Shown here piece by piece: positions 40,465 to 50,207 of a stretch of DNA of 64,000 nucleotides. Positions within the stretch are counted from its first letter, which is position 1. Every line of letters starts with the position of its first letter. Under the pieces are notes generated by a model. It saw nothing but the letters and a program-made list of their open reading frames with translations. It was not told the origin of the DNA and made no database searches. Source of the stretch: Parcubacteria group bacterium (lineage in GTDB: Bacteria > Patescibacteriota > Minisyncoccia > Phycocordibacterales > Phycocordibacteraceae); contig JAQBRE010000002.1 of NCBI GenBank assembly GCA_028286605.1, positions 191,720 to 255,719 of the forward strand, given 5' to 3'. The translations under genes and the position numbers were made by a program.

Positions 40465-40941
40465 TTACGCCGATTCGCGTTTTCGAACGACCGCATATTC
40501 GCGATAGATGAAATACAGCACGACGAGGTCGAACGCTGTTATCGCAACAACAAGTATCGAGTGCAGGGTTACGATCTGATATATCTGATACAGAACGAAC
40601 AGTCCAAGCACGACGAGTGAAGCAGGATAGGCCCACAGCTTATTACGGAGCAGAGCGACGATAAGAAAAAGCTTTATGACGCCTCGACTGAGCAGATAGA
40701 ATGCTAAGAAAATCTCGAGCGACGTAGAGAATGAATGTGCAAGGTGCAGTATCTGGTTCGCGATGAAATCATTCGGTTCTTCCATGAGTTCGCCGCGCGT
40801 AAAGAACATCGCAAGCTGGTTCACGAGCGTAGGCCGTGCGAAGAGCATGAGTGCCCCCGCGATAATCTCTAGTATGGACACCGCTCCCTTAAGAAGGATG
40901 CCGATGCGGAAATATTCATATATATTCTTTTCAGTTTCCAT
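40465..40941 (-). CDS. DUF2127-like membrane protein
   Basis: LLKG...E...G, YLL..G.IK, KLWAYP, YQIY, FD..V...YREY. Confidence 0.75.
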   Translation of the reverse strand: METEKNIYEYFRIGILLKGAVSILEIIAGALMLFARPTLVNQLAMFFTRGELMEEPNDFIANQILHLAHSFSTSLEIFLAFYLLSRGVIKLFLIVALLRNKLWAYPASLVVLGLFVLYQIYQIVTLHSILVVAITAFDLVVLYFIYREYAVVRKRESA

Positions 40942-40943
40942 AC

Positions 40944-41507
40944 TTATAGAACTATACCTCTCCACCATACGCTGCGTTCAATGGCAGGGCTTACATACTG
41001 TGCAACGAACCAGCCGCACGCGATACCAAGCACTGCGCCCGCAATGATGTCAGAAGGGTAATGTATCCCAGCGGCAACACGTGCAAGGACGACGAACGTG
41101 CTAAGAACGTAGAAGAGAACCCCAAGCTTCTTATTCATGAAATACACGCCCGTTGAGAACGCGAAGAAAAAGAGCGCGTGGCCGGAAGGGAAGGAAGGCG
41201 CGTGCTCCTGAATAAGCTGATGCACCTGATAACTAAGGAAGGGTCGAGGTCGCGGAAAGAAATAACGTATCGGGCTTCCGATACCGATACGAGCGATGAG
41301 CGCGCCAAGTAACACCGAGCTGAACGCAAAGAGCTTCTGCTTAATTGAGAGCAGCTGCTGCGAAAGCAGATACAGTGCGAAGCCAGCCACGAGCATGTAT
41401 GGCAGGTACGACGCGATCCCTACGATCACTGCATTGGTAAGCGGATTGTGCCCAGCAAGACTGTTGAGCGCAAAGAAAAGAGTTATGTCCCAGGATCCGA
41501 AATTCAT
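40944..41507 (-). CDS. PAP2 family phosphatase (BcrC-like)
   Basis: RPRPF, SFPSGHA, ARVAAGIHYPSD. Confidence 0.9.
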   Translation of the reverse strand: MNFGSWDITLFFALNSLAGHNPLTNAVIVGIASYLPYMLVAGFALYLLSQQLLSIKQKLFAFSSVLLGALIARIGIGSPIRYFFPRPRPFLSYQVHQLIQEHAPSFPSGHALFFFAFSTGVYFMNKKLGVLFYVLSTFVVLARVAAGIHYPSDIIAGAVLGIACGWFVAQYVSPAIERSVWWRGIVL

Positions 41508-42331
41508 TTTTTAATGATACCGGTATCTCGCTTCGTAATACTAAGATAGATCACCAGAACAAGAATAGCGGCAAGGAAGATAAAACTGGTCACTGTTGTA
41601 CCAAGCCCGAGGCCGCCACTGCTTATATCTTGAGAGAGATAATCGCCGATAGACGCTCCGAGCGGTCGCGTAAGAATATATGCGACCCAGAACGCAGCAA
41701 CGGCATTAGCAGATTCAGGCAGGTGTTTGGATTCATTCATGGCTTTTCCTGTGTAGTGGAATGTAGCGACGATGCCTATCAGTGCCGCAAAGATAAGAGC
41801 GGAAATAAGATATCCGAAGTTAAGTCCCTCAGCCATCCAGTCTCCTGCAGAAGTGCCGAGTGCGAATGTGAATAGGATTGCGAGCCAATAAAAGGCTTCA
41901 CGCTTCGTAGTAAAGATGGAGTGGATGGAAAGCGTATGCTCAACGCGATACCAGATCCAGAACACGGCGGCCAAGATGAGACTGAACACCAGTGTCGTAA
42001 CCGGAAGAGCTACGCCAAGATTATCGGTCAGATTATCCGTAATCTGCGTGCCGACGACGCTGATAAGCACCACGGAAAGCCAATAAATCCAGGGAACATA
42101 TTTTCGCGACCGGAACTGCATAAAAAGAACGACCGCAAGAACTGCGGCAGTAATGAGGGTCGTGATAGTAAGGCCAAGATTGACGGTAGATTGTAGGAAA
42201 TCGGAAGCAGTCTCGCCGACGGTCGTGCAAAGCACCTTGATAATCCAGAAATATACGGTAATTTCCGGTACTTTGCTTAGCATTTTCCCTACTTTATCAT
42301 TCTGAATAACAGGAGCTTCTGTTGGCGGCAT
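41504..42331 (-). CDS. COG4705/DUF347 membrane protein
   Basis: KVPEITVYFWIIK..TTVGET..D, REAFYW, ALGTSAGD, LTRPLGAS.GD. Confidence 0.88.
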   Translation of the reverse strand: MPPTEAPVIQNDKVGKMLSKVPEITVYFWIIKVLCTTVGETASDFLQSTVNLGLTITTLITAAVLAVVLFMQFRSRKYVPWIYWLSVVLISVVGTQITDNLTDNLGVALPVTTLVFSLILAAVFWIWYRVEHTLSIHSIFTTKREAFYWLAILFTFALGTSAGDWMAEGLNFGYLISALIFAALIGIVATFHYTGKAMNESKHLPESANAVAAFWVAYILTRPLGASIGDYLSQDISSGGLGLGTTVTSFIFLAAILVLVIYLSITKRDTGIIKK

Positions 42332-42376
42332 GGATACGTGGCTATGAGTAAATAAATGGGCAGCAGCCCTCCCTCA

Positions 42377-42405
42377 TAGTACGCGTTTCATGCCGTTTTA
42401 TTTCA
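42377..42405 (-). promoter_or_regulatory. Putative ECF sigma promoter TGAAAT-N16-CGTACTA
   Basis: Same motif recurs at 43716-43745; resembles the SigW-type TGAAAC-N16-CGTA consensus. Confidence 0.55.
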
Positions 42406-42425
42406 TATGGAATATACTCAGATGA

Positions 42426-43001
42426 ATGGACCCCTCAGACTCGACCGACGAAGCGCTTGCGCAGCGCCTGCAGGCAGGAGACGAAGAGTCACTCTCGCTT
42501 CTTATGCAGCGCTTCGAGCCGAAGCTGATGCGCTATGGCCGGCGCTTCCTTGAAGGGCAGCGCGAGGACGTGTTGCGCCAGGCCGTACAAGACATTTTCA
42601 TTTCTGCGTATCAGAATATCGAATCCTTCGACCCGCGTCAGAGATTCTCGCCCTGGATATATCGCATAGCGCATAACGCATTCGTTGATATCTTGCGGCG
42701 AAGAACGAAGCAGCCGCTCTATGGAATCGATTTCGACCAGCTGATTTCACATCCGATACATGAGGACTCATTCGCTGCAGAGAAAGAACAAGAGGAAATC
42801 CGCGTACTAGTAGAGAAGGGTCTTGGTGAACTCGCTCCTGCCCAGCGCGAAATAATAGTCCTATACTATTTCGAAGAGCTGAGCTACAAGGAAATAGCTG
42901 ATGTGCTTCATGTGCCGGTGAGCACCGTAGGAGTTCGGCTCGCTCGCGCACGCACGACCCTGAAGCGCACGCTGCCGAACTCCTCCGAACTACCCCTATG
43001 A
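42426..43001 (+). CDS. ECF RNA polymerase sigma factor
   Basis: Region 2 (VQDIFI, FSPWIYRIAHN) and region 4 (LSYKEIADVL..PVSTV..RL.RAR). Confidence 0.93.
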   Translation: MDPSDSTDEALAQRLQAGDEESLSLLMQRFEPKLMRYGRRFLEGQREDVLRQAVQDIFISAYQNIESFDPRQRFSPWIYRIAHNAFVDILRRRTKQPLYGIDFDQLISHPIHEDSFAAEKEQEEIRVLVEKGLGELAPAQREIIVLYYFEELSYKEIADVLHVPVSTVGVRLARARTTLKRTLPNSSELPL

Positions 43002-43723
43002 ACGAGAATAACCCAGATTCCATACAGCAGGCCGTACTCGACAAAGTTCGGGCAGGAACAGTACGTCGTCGTCCGCGCTGGCAATTCATCCTGCGCGTAG
43101 CAGGAACTATCGTGGTTATATCGCTGCTACTCGTTATCGCTGCCTTCCTCATAAGTTTCATCCTGTACAGCTTGAATGAAAGCGGCGAGCAATTCCTGCT
43201 CGGTTTCGGACTTCGCGGCATACAAGTATTCCTGACGCTGTTCCCGTGGCTATTCGGCCTCGTTGCGCTTGGCCTTATCGTGCTGCTCGAATGGCTCATT
43301 CGCGGATTCAGATTCGGCTACCGCATACCGCTTCTGAATATATTCCTAGGCGTTGTCGGCGTGAGCATCGTGCTCGGTATAGTAATAAGCGTTACGCCGC
43401 TTCACACGACCCTGCAAGGATTCGCCGCTAAGGACCAGCTTCCGATACTCGGGCAGCCCTATAAGCACGTCCTGGATCATCATGAAGATGAGGGACTTTC
43501 GCGCGGAAAAGTCATAACCGTTGGTGCGAATGAATTCATCATTCAGCACGATGATCACGACCGCGATACGGACGACGGGACCTTTTCCATACACGTAGCC
43601 CCTGATGCGTCTATCGTGCTTCCGCATGTCGGTGATGAAGTCCTCGTATTCGGCGAACCGGAACAAGGGTATATAGACGCTAGTAACGTACTAGTGCTAT
43701 CTCCGCTTTTACCGGTGAAATAA
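42998..43723 (+). CDS. Membrane protein coupled to the ECF sigma (putative anti-sigma)
   Basis: ATGA overlap with the sigma gene; three TMs plus an extracytoplasmic beta domain. Confidence 0.6.
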   Translation: MNENNPDSIQQAVLDKVRAGTVRRRPRWQFILRVAGTIVVISLLLVIAAFLISFILYSLNESGEQFLLGFGLRGIQVFLTLFPWLFGLVALGLIVLLEWLIRGFRFGYRIPLLNIFLGVVGVSIVLGIVISVTPLHTTLQGFAAKDQLPILGQPYKHVLDHHEDEGLSRGKVITVGANEFIIQHDDHDRDTDDGTFSIHVAPDASIVLPHVGDEVLVFGEPEQGYIDASNVLVLSPLLPVK

Positions 43724-43745
43724 AAAGAGGCGAATGTGCGTACTA
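43716..43745 (+). promoter_or_regulatory. Putative ECF sigma promoter TGAAAT-N17-CGTACTA
   Basis: Matches the 42377-42405 motif; lies 24 nt upstream of the FMN-binding gene. Confidence 0.55.
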
Positions 43746-43769
43746 AGGCTATACACCCGAGAATAGTCT

Positions 43770-44285
43770 ATGAAAAAATTCCTCGCATCATTCATCTTTA
43801 TCGTCGGATTCATCGGGTACGCCGTGTATGCGAATAGTTCAGCTTCGAGTGCTAACGCACAGACCGTTACGGTATCTAATCCTTCCGCTAGCACGGCGGC
43901 CGATACGGCCGCCTCTGTACCAACGCAGACATCCGCAGGATCGGCACCGCCGACACAACCGGTAACGCCTGTGACGGTAGTGAAGAAGCCGGCCGCTGCG
44001 GCCGGCAAATATGCCGATGGCACCTACACTGGCATCGCCGCGGATGCGTACTACGGAAACATTCAGGTGAAAGCAACAATCTCCGGAGGAAAGCTTACAG
44101 ATGTGGCCTTCCTGCAATATCCCTCGGATCGAAATACATCCGTCTATATAAATCAGCAGGCGATGCCCGTGCTTCGTTCGGAAGCTATCCAAGCGCAGAG
44201 CGCGAATGTAAATGGGGTCTCCGGGGCATCAGATTCGAGCGCGGCATTCAAGCAGTCTCTTGCAAGCGCGCTTGCCAAGGCATAA
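43770..44285 (+). CDS. Exported FMN-binding domain protein
   Basis: YADGTYTG, YGNIQV, VNGVSGAS flavinylation motif. Confidence 0.9.
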   Translation: MKKFLASFIFIVGFIGYAVYANSSASSANAQTVTVSNPSASTAADTAASVPTQTSAGSAPPTQPVTPVTVVKKPAAAAGKYADGTYTGIAADAYYGNIQVKATISGGKLTDVAFLQYPSDRNTSVYINQQAMPVLRSEAIQAQSANVNGVSGASDSSAAFKQSLASALAKA

Positions 44286-44287
44286 CT

Positions 44288-45034
44288 ATGAGACAGCAGC
44301 GAATTATCATGGGCATGCCCGTGCAACTTGAAATTACAGACGAACACGCACCGCTCGAGCTATACGAACGAGTATTCGATTATTTAAAAAGTATCGATAC
44401 ACGTTTCAGTACGTATATACAAGAGAGTGAAGTATCGAGAATCAATCGCCATGAACTGAAAGAAGCAGAGTACAGTGCTGAGATGCAGGAAGTGCTTTCG
44501 CTTTCAGAAGAAACGAAGAACCAGACCGGAGGATATTTCGATATACGTACTCCTGAAGGACTTCTTGATCCGTCAGGTCTCGTGAAAGGGTGGGCGATCA
44601 ATGCCGCGGCATCAATAGTTTCTGAAGCAGGATTCAAGGATTTCTACATTGAGATCGCCGGTGACATTCAGACGAACGGCATGAATGCTGAAGGGAAGGA
44701 GTGGAGTATCGGCATTCGTAATCCGCTTTCGCGCGACGAAGTGGTGAAAGTCCTGTATCCACGAGGCGCAGGAATCGCGACTTCCGGAACTTCTGAGCGC
44801 GGAAATCATATATACGATCCCCATGCGCCAGGCGTACATCCCGATTCGTATGCGAGCATAACGGTTATCGGACCGAACGTGTACGAAGCTGATCGCTTCG
44901 CCACCGCTGCGTTCGCCATGGGCGAATCGGGCATCCGTTTCATTGAGGCGCTGCCCGGCTTCGAGGCATATGCGATCAATCATAAAGGAATCGCGACCAT
45001 GACGAGCGGCTTCGATTCATACACGAACATATGA
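44288..45034 (+). CDS. apbE: FAD:protein FMN transferase (ApbE family)
   Basis: IMG, FSTY...SEV, DPSGLVKGWA, AGD, IATSG, H I.DP, AD..ATA. Confidence 0.92.
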   Translation: MRQQRIIMGMPVQLEITDEHAPLELYERVFDYLKSIDTRFSTYIQESEVSRINRHELKEAEYSAEMQEVLSLSEETKNQTGGYFDIRTPEGLLDPSGLVKGWAINAAASIVSEAGFKDFYIEIAGDIQTNGMNAEGKEWSIGIRNPLSRDEVVKVLYPRGAGIATSGTSERGNHIYDPHAPGVHPDSYASITVIGPNVYEADRFATAAFAMGESGIRFIEALPGFEAYAINHKGIATMTSGFDSYTNI

Positions 45035-46551
45035 TGCGCTTCATCGACTCATTGCTGAATAAAATAACGATGTATCGTGTCGTGTTGTATGAACTCCTGT
45101 TCCTGCTTGCTGCCGCTGCAGTGCTTGGTGTGTTTCATCTGATTCCGTACAGTCCTTTATATATAGGGTATTCAACGCTCGTTATTCTTGCGGTCTGTTG
45201 GATATCGAACAAAGCCTTCGCCTATTTCTTTGATGCTCCGAGCAATCCGGAATCTGCATATATCACTGCGTTCATTCTTGCGCTCATCATTGCGCCGCCA
45301 CAGGCATTCGGCGACGCACACTTTTTAATACTTGCAGGCTGGGCTTCTGCATGGGCGATGGCTTCTAAATATATCTTCGCAATACAGCGGAAACATCTCT
45401 TCAATCCCGCCGCCTTCGGCGTCGTGATGACTGCGCTTTTTTTGAATCAAGGCGCAACGTGGTGGGTGGGAACGTTATGGATGCTGCCATTCGTTGTGGT
45501 GGGAGGCTTCTTCGTTGCGCGAAAGATACGCCGGTTCGATATGGTGGTCACCTTCGGAATTGCGCTTGTCGCTACGATTCTAATTCTCGGTACCGGAGGC
45601 GGTTCGCTGCATGTCGTACAGCAGGCGCTCTTATATGCGCCCGCGGTATTCTTCGGCACCGTCATGCTGACAGAACCACTCACCGCCCCGACCGACCGGT
45701 ATTGGCGTATTCTCTTCGCGGTGCTCGTCGGCTTCTTGTTCGCTCCTGAAGTGCACATCGGTACGTTCTATCTAACGCCGGAGCTGGTGCTTCTAGCAGG
45801 AAATCTATTCGCATATGTAGTGAGTTCGAAACAGAAGCTCGTGCTTACGCTTAAGGAGCGCATTCCGATAGCGACAGATGCCTATGAGTTCGTTTTCTCA
45901 TCCGATCGTGCGCTTACCTTCAAGCCAGGCCAGTATCTTGAATGGACGCAGGCACATTCGCACAGCGACTCGCGCGGCATACGTCGTTACTTCACTATCG
46001 CTTCTTCGCCGACCGAGAAAGACTTACGTATCGGTGTTAAATTCTACAAGCCTTCAAGCAGTTACAAGAAGGCGTTGTTCGCACTGCGCCCAGGCGATAC
46101 CATCGTCGCCTCGCAGCTTGCGGGTGACTTCACTCTACCTAAAGACAAGAAGAAAAAGCTCGTATTCATTGCGGGCGGCATAGGTGTCACGCCATTCCGC
46201 AGCATGATCCAGTATCTTATAGACAAGAAAGAGCGGCGCGACATCACCCTCATATATTCAAATCGATCGCTGGAGGATACTGCGTATGTCGAGCTGCTTG
46301 GCCAAGCAGAAAGGGAACTGGGTATTGAAACGCTTCCTATATTCAATACGCCGCCTCCGAATGCAGCTCCGGGTGAATTCCCATCGCTCCTAACGCCTGA
46401 AGTGCTCGCCACGGAAGTACCTGATTATCGGGAACGGGAATTTTATCTGTCAGGACCGAACAGCATGGTCAACGCATTCAGCGATATGCTTGCTAGCATG
46501 GGCGTACCGAAGCGACACATCAAGAAGGATTTTTTCCCTGGCTTCGCGTAG
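45031..46551 (+). CDS. RnfD/NqrB-like membrane domain fused to an FNR-type NAD(P)H oxidoreductase
   Basis: SKY...HLFNPAA and MLTEP.T.P in the TM half; RYFTIASS, AGGIGVTPF and SGP in the C-half. Confidence 0.88.
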   Translation: MMRFIDSLLNKITMYRVVLYELLFLLAAAAVLGVFHLIPYSPLYIGYSTLVILAVCWISNKAFAYFFDAPSNPESAYITAFILALIIAPPQAFGDAHFLILAGWASAWAMASKYIFAIQRKHLFNPAAFGVVMTALFLNQGATWWVGTLWMLPFVVVGGFFVARKIRRFDMVVTFGIALVATILILGTGGGSLHVVQQALLYAPAVFFGTVMLTEPLTAPTDRYWRILFAVLVGFLFAPEVHIGTFYLTPELVLLAGNLFAYVVSSKQKLVLTLKERIPIATDAYEFVFSSDRALTFKPGQYLEWTQAHSHSDSRGIRRYFTIASSPTEKDLRIGVKFYKPSSSYKKALFALRPGDTIVASQLAGDFTLPKDKKKKLVFIAGGIGVTPFRSMIQYLIDKKERRDITLIYSNRSLEDTAYVELLGQAERELGIETLPIFNTPPPNAAPGEFPSLLTPEVLATEVPDYREREFYLSGPNSMVNAFSDMLASMGVPKRHIKKDFFPGFA

Positions 46552-46566
46552 CTGCGTTGCTCAAAG

Positions 46567-47700
46567 TTATCGAACGGATTCGTAACCGTTCTTCACGCCG
46601 TTCGGTGAGAGAACGAATTGATAGAGCTGCGTTGTGCGGCCCCGGACCGTCCCCGCACAACTGCCAAGATAGTACCGCCACATGCGGTAGAACCGATCAT
46701 TAAAACGTGCTTCAGTGCCTTTTATTTTTGGCCATGCGGCGACGAAGTTCGCATCCCATGCACAGAGCGTCTTGTCGTAATCCGTACCGAAGTTATGCAG
46801 GTCTTCGATGATAAAATTTCCGTTCACGGCGCTCGTGATTTCCTTCAGAGAGGGAATCCATCCTCCGGGGAAGATGTACCGCTCAATCCATGGCTCGGAA
46901 CCTCCATGGTCATTGCCGCCGATAGTGTGAAGCAGGAACAGGCCTTCAGGCTTTAGGAGCGGGGAAAGAACACGCATGTATTCTGCGTGGTTCTTCGGTC
47001 CTACGTGCTCGAACATACCGATCGAAACGATGTGATCGAAGTGTCCAGCCTTGAAGTGCTTCGGCAAATCACGGTAATCCATGAGACGCAGATCAACCGG
47101 CAATCCTTCACAGAGTTTCGTACCATGTACGAGCTGTTCTTCAGAAAGAGTAATGCCGACGACCGTAGCGCCATATTTTTCTGCTGCGAACTTCGCGAAT
47201 GAGCCGTAGCCGCAACCGACATCAAGAATTATCTGACCTGCGTTGAGTCCGATCTTCCGGCAGATTAGATCGAGTTTTGCTTCCTGTGCCTCGGCGAGCG
47301 TCGTTGCGTTTGCCCAGTATCCGCACGTATAGACCATTCTTGGATCAAGCATGTTCGCATAGAACTGAGCGGGAAGATCGTAGTGCTGTTTCGCAACCCG
47401 AACGGATCGCGTAATGCTCTGTTGATTCCATAGCTTTTGCGCGAATAAGAAAAGAGTGCCCGTAAGTCCGGAACTGCCTCTGTCTGCACCGGTGCGAAGC
47501 AGACGGTTGAAGAATTCGGGGAGGTCATCACAATCCCAATCACCATCCATATAGCTCTCGCCAAGGCCAAGCGAACCCTCTAGGGCTACGCGTGAATAGA
47601 TACGGTCGTTATGAATCTGGATATCGAACGGCCGGTCGCCGTTGATATCGATGCCTGCCTTTTCAAGAGGGGACGTAACCATCCGTTGCAGCATTTTCAT
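46567..47700 (-). CDS. cfa: Cyclopropane fatty acyl phospholipid synthase
   Basis: GSLGLGESYMDG.W, HYDL, YTCGYW, LDVGCGYG, SIGMFEHVG, YIFPGG, RMWRYYL. Confidence 0.95.
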   Translation of the reverse strand: MKMLQRMVTSPLEKAGIDINGDRPFDIQIHNDRIYSRVALEGSLGLGESYMDGDWDCDDLPEFFNRLLRTGADRGSSGLTGTLFLFAQKLWNQQSITRSVRVAKQHYDLPAQFYANMLDPRMVYTCGYWANATTLAEAQEAKLDLICRKIGLNAGQIILDVGCGYGSFAKFAAEKYGATVVGITLSEEQLVHGTKLCEGLPVDLRLMDYRDLPKHFKAGHFDHIVSIGMFEHVGPKNHAEYMRVLSPLLKPEGLFLLHTIGGNDHGGSEPWIERYIFPGGWIPSLKEITSAVNGNFIIEDLHNFGTDYDKTLCAWDANFVAAWPKIKGTEARFNDRFYRMWRYYLGSCAGTVRGRTTQLYQFVLSPNGVKNGYESVR

Positions 47701-47807
47701 AGTGATATCTATACCACTTTATTCTAAACTTACAATGAGGATATTCTCTTGGTGCAGCCACACATGATTCACCCCTTTCTAACTCAAAAGGTCTATACTT
47801 TATTCAT

Positions 47808-48569
47808 ATGGAACTACTTATCACCCTCGTCGCTATTATCGTCATCTTGGCCGGACTTTCATTACGTGTCGTGAAGGAATACGATCGCGGCGTCATCTTC
47901 TTTCTGGGGAAGGTAACCGGTGTGCGCGGCCCTGGGCTCATCATCCTTATTCCCATCCTTGAACGAATGACGAAGGTGACGCTCCGCACCATCACGATGA
48001 ACATCCCTTCGCAAAAGATAATCACGAAGGATAACGTCTCAATCGATATCGCTGCAGTGGCATACTTTCACATCGTTGATCCGACGAAGTCAGTCGTCGC
48101 TATCGAGAACGTATACGACGCAGTGAATCAGATCAGCCAGACGACGGTACGAAATGTCGTGGGGCAATTCCAGCTGGACCAGCTGCTTTCGCAGACGAGC
48201 GATATCAACACGCAGATCAAGGAAGTCATCGATACGCACACCGAACCCTGGGGCGTCGAAGTAACGGCAGTAGAAATTAAAGACATTACGCTTCCTGATA
48301 ACATGCAGCGCGCGATGGCGAAGGAGGCAGAAGCAGAACGCGAACGCCGTGCGAAGATCGTCGCTGCAGAAGGCGAATTCCAGGCAGCAGTAAAGCTGGG
48401 CGAGGCCGCAGACATCATGGCGCTTCATCCGGTTGCTCTTCAGCTTCGTACGCTTCAGACCATGGCAGAAATAAGCGTGGAGAAGAATTCAACCATTATC
48501 TTTCCCGCGCAATTCATGACCACCGTGCAGGAAGCGATGAAGATGATGGGTGCGGATGCGCACAAGTAA
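47808..48569 (+). CDS. SPFH/stomatin-like protein
   Basis: [29 protein letters not shown]. Confidence 0.93.
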   Translation: MELLITLVAIIVILAGLSLRVVKEYDRGVIFFLGKVTGVRGPGLIILIPILERMTKVTLRTITMNIPSQKIITKDNVSIDIAAVAYFHIVDPTKSVVAIENVYDAVNQISQTTVRNVVGQFQLDQLLSQTSDINTQIKEVIDTHTEPWGVEVTAVEIKDITLPDNMQRAMAKEAEAERERRAKIVAAEGEFQAAVKLGEAADIMALHPVALQLRTLQTMAEISVEKNSTIIFPAQFMTTVQEAMKMMGADAHK

Positions 48570-48585
48570 AGATAAAGCAAAGCAA

Positions 48586-48624
48586 AACAAAAGAGGGATG
48601 CGCGAAGCGCATCCCTCTTTTGTT
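48586..48624. terminator. Bidirectional terminator
   Basis: AACAAAAGAGGGATGCGC-gaa-GCGCATCCCTCTTTTGTT. Confidence 0.8.
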
Positions 48625-48663
48625 ACTCGTCGTGCCCGCTGCCTTACCAGCGCTCTCTTTAAA

Positions 48664-49458
48664 TTAGAAGAATGAGAATATCTTTTTGAAGAAACCGCCG
48701 ATGCCACCAAGAATGCCACTCATACCCGTATCACTGGTGTTCGTTGCTCCTTGTGTCTTCTGGCCCTGATCAATAACGGCAGTCGCCGTTACGTTCTGTC
48801 CGCTGACGGTTCCTTGTACAAGAACGCTGTCGCCGGAAAGAACCGCGCTAATGGTTGACGTTGCACTCTTCACCATGACCGTCGCATTCGTCGCGTCGAT
48901 CGTGTAGGGATTACCGCCACTGTTCGTGACCGTGAGCGTGGAACCGCTTACTGTAGAGACCGTCCCGCCGATAACCGGCTTGCCGTCTCCTTTGAATGCG
49001 CCCATACCAGCCATGCCTGCACCGCCCTTGCCCATCGTGCCGCCGGCTGGGATGCCGTCCATGATGGCTGTTGCTGTAACATTCGAGCCGCTGACCGTTC
49101 CTTGAACGGAAACGCGATCACCAACAGTAATCACGCCGATCGATGACGCTGCGCCTGTCTTCGTTACAGTCGCGCCGCTTGCGTCAACCGTGTAGGTTGT
49201 TGAGGTGCTTGCGGTTGCCGTTCCGCCTGTGGTGGAAGGCTTGCCGCGCATCATGCTCGTAACCGTAATGGTTGAGCCGCTGATGCTTGCGACCGTTCCG
49301 AAGACCCCGGGGCGCGTCATGTGCTGGCCGTTCTGGCCACTCCATGCGCCCGTTGCTGCGCTCGTGCTTGTGGTGGCAGCTAGCGCAGGAAGTGCGGCTA
49401 CCGAACCAGCTAGCATCGTCGCTGCGACGACGAAAGTTATATAAGATATTCGTTGCAT
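48664..49458 (-). CDS. Secreted protein with two DUF5666-like repeats
   Basis: Signal peptide; repeats GTV..(I/V)SGST.TVT...YT.DA..ATV...GD.V.VQG..SG.NVTATA; amphipathic C-tail. Confidence 0.7.
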   Translation of the reverse strand: MQRISYITFVVAATMLAGSVAALPALAATTSTSAATGAWSGQNGQHMTRPGVFGTVASISGSTITVTSMMRGKPSTTGGTATASTSTTYTVDASGATVTKTGAASSIGVITVGDRVSVQGTVSGSNVTATAIMDGIPAGGTMGKGGAGMAGMGAFKGDGKPVIGGTVSTVSGSTLTVTNSGGNPYTIDATNATVMVKSATSTISAVLSGDSVLVQGTVSGQNVTATAVIDQGQKTQGATNTSDTGMSGILGGIGGFFKKIFSFF

Positions 49459-49563
49459 AAGTAGGAATGTATGTGACTAACGAGGCACCGCCTCTGTACA
49501 GACTACGTGCGTACGGCGGGTACTGTTGCAAATCTTCATGAATATATAGTTGAATAGGATTTC

Positions 49564-49788
49564 ATGGCGTATCCTTATGGGGTGAAAGACACTGTCCGTA
49601 ACACGGTATATGAGCTGCGCACGAACCAGGCAATTACTCAGGAAGCGCTTGCTGAAGCGCTTAGCGTGAGCCGTCAGACGGTTATCGCTATCGAACGCGG
49701 CAACTATGCTCCGTCTATACTGCTTGCGCTAAAAATCAGTGCATTTTTCAAGCTGCCTGTAGAAAAAATATTCACCATCCATGACTAA
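49564..49788 (+). CDS. XRE family HTH regulator
   Basis: TQEALAEALSVSRQTVIAIERGNYAPS. Confidence 0.92.
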   Translation: MAYPYGVKDTVRNTVYELRTNQAITQEALAEALSVSRQTVIAIERGNYAPSILLALKISAFFKLPVEKIFTIHD

Positions 49789-50143
49789 GACTTTCATATC
49801 ACTCCTGTGCGCGTTCGTCATTATCGCGTTAGTGTTGCTTCTTCTGAATCCTTTGCATATGTGGATGCCGGATATGGTTCACATGACCGTTGAAGTTTCA
49901 TTGCTGGCCGTGTTCGGGATCTTCGCCGCATTCGTACTGGGCGAACAGGGTGGCGATGAACGAGAACAGGCGCACCGCATGTTCTCAGGAAGAACTGCAT
50001 TCCTTTCCGGCGCGCTCATACTGGTTGCTGGCATTGCCTATGAAGGATATCGGGGTTCAGTTGATCCGTGGCTGGTGCTTGCTTTGGCAATAATGCTCGT
50101 GATGAAAATCCTCGCGCACAGCTACAGCGATTGGCGTCGATAG
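49781..50143 (+). CDS. Membrane protein (DUF2178-like)
   Basis: Four TMs with a DERE motif; coupled to the XRE gene. Confidence 0.65.
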   Translation: MTKTFISLLCAFVIIALVLLLLNPLHMWMPDMVHMTVEVSLLAVFGIFAAFVLGEQGGDEREQAHRMFSGRTAFLSGALILVAGIAYEGYRGSVDPWLVLALAIMLVMKILAHSYSDWRR

Positions 50144-50207
50144 ATGGTGGGGATAAGTATGTAAAGTACACTTTACATTCGTTCATAACCCGCTACCATA
50201 CCTATAT

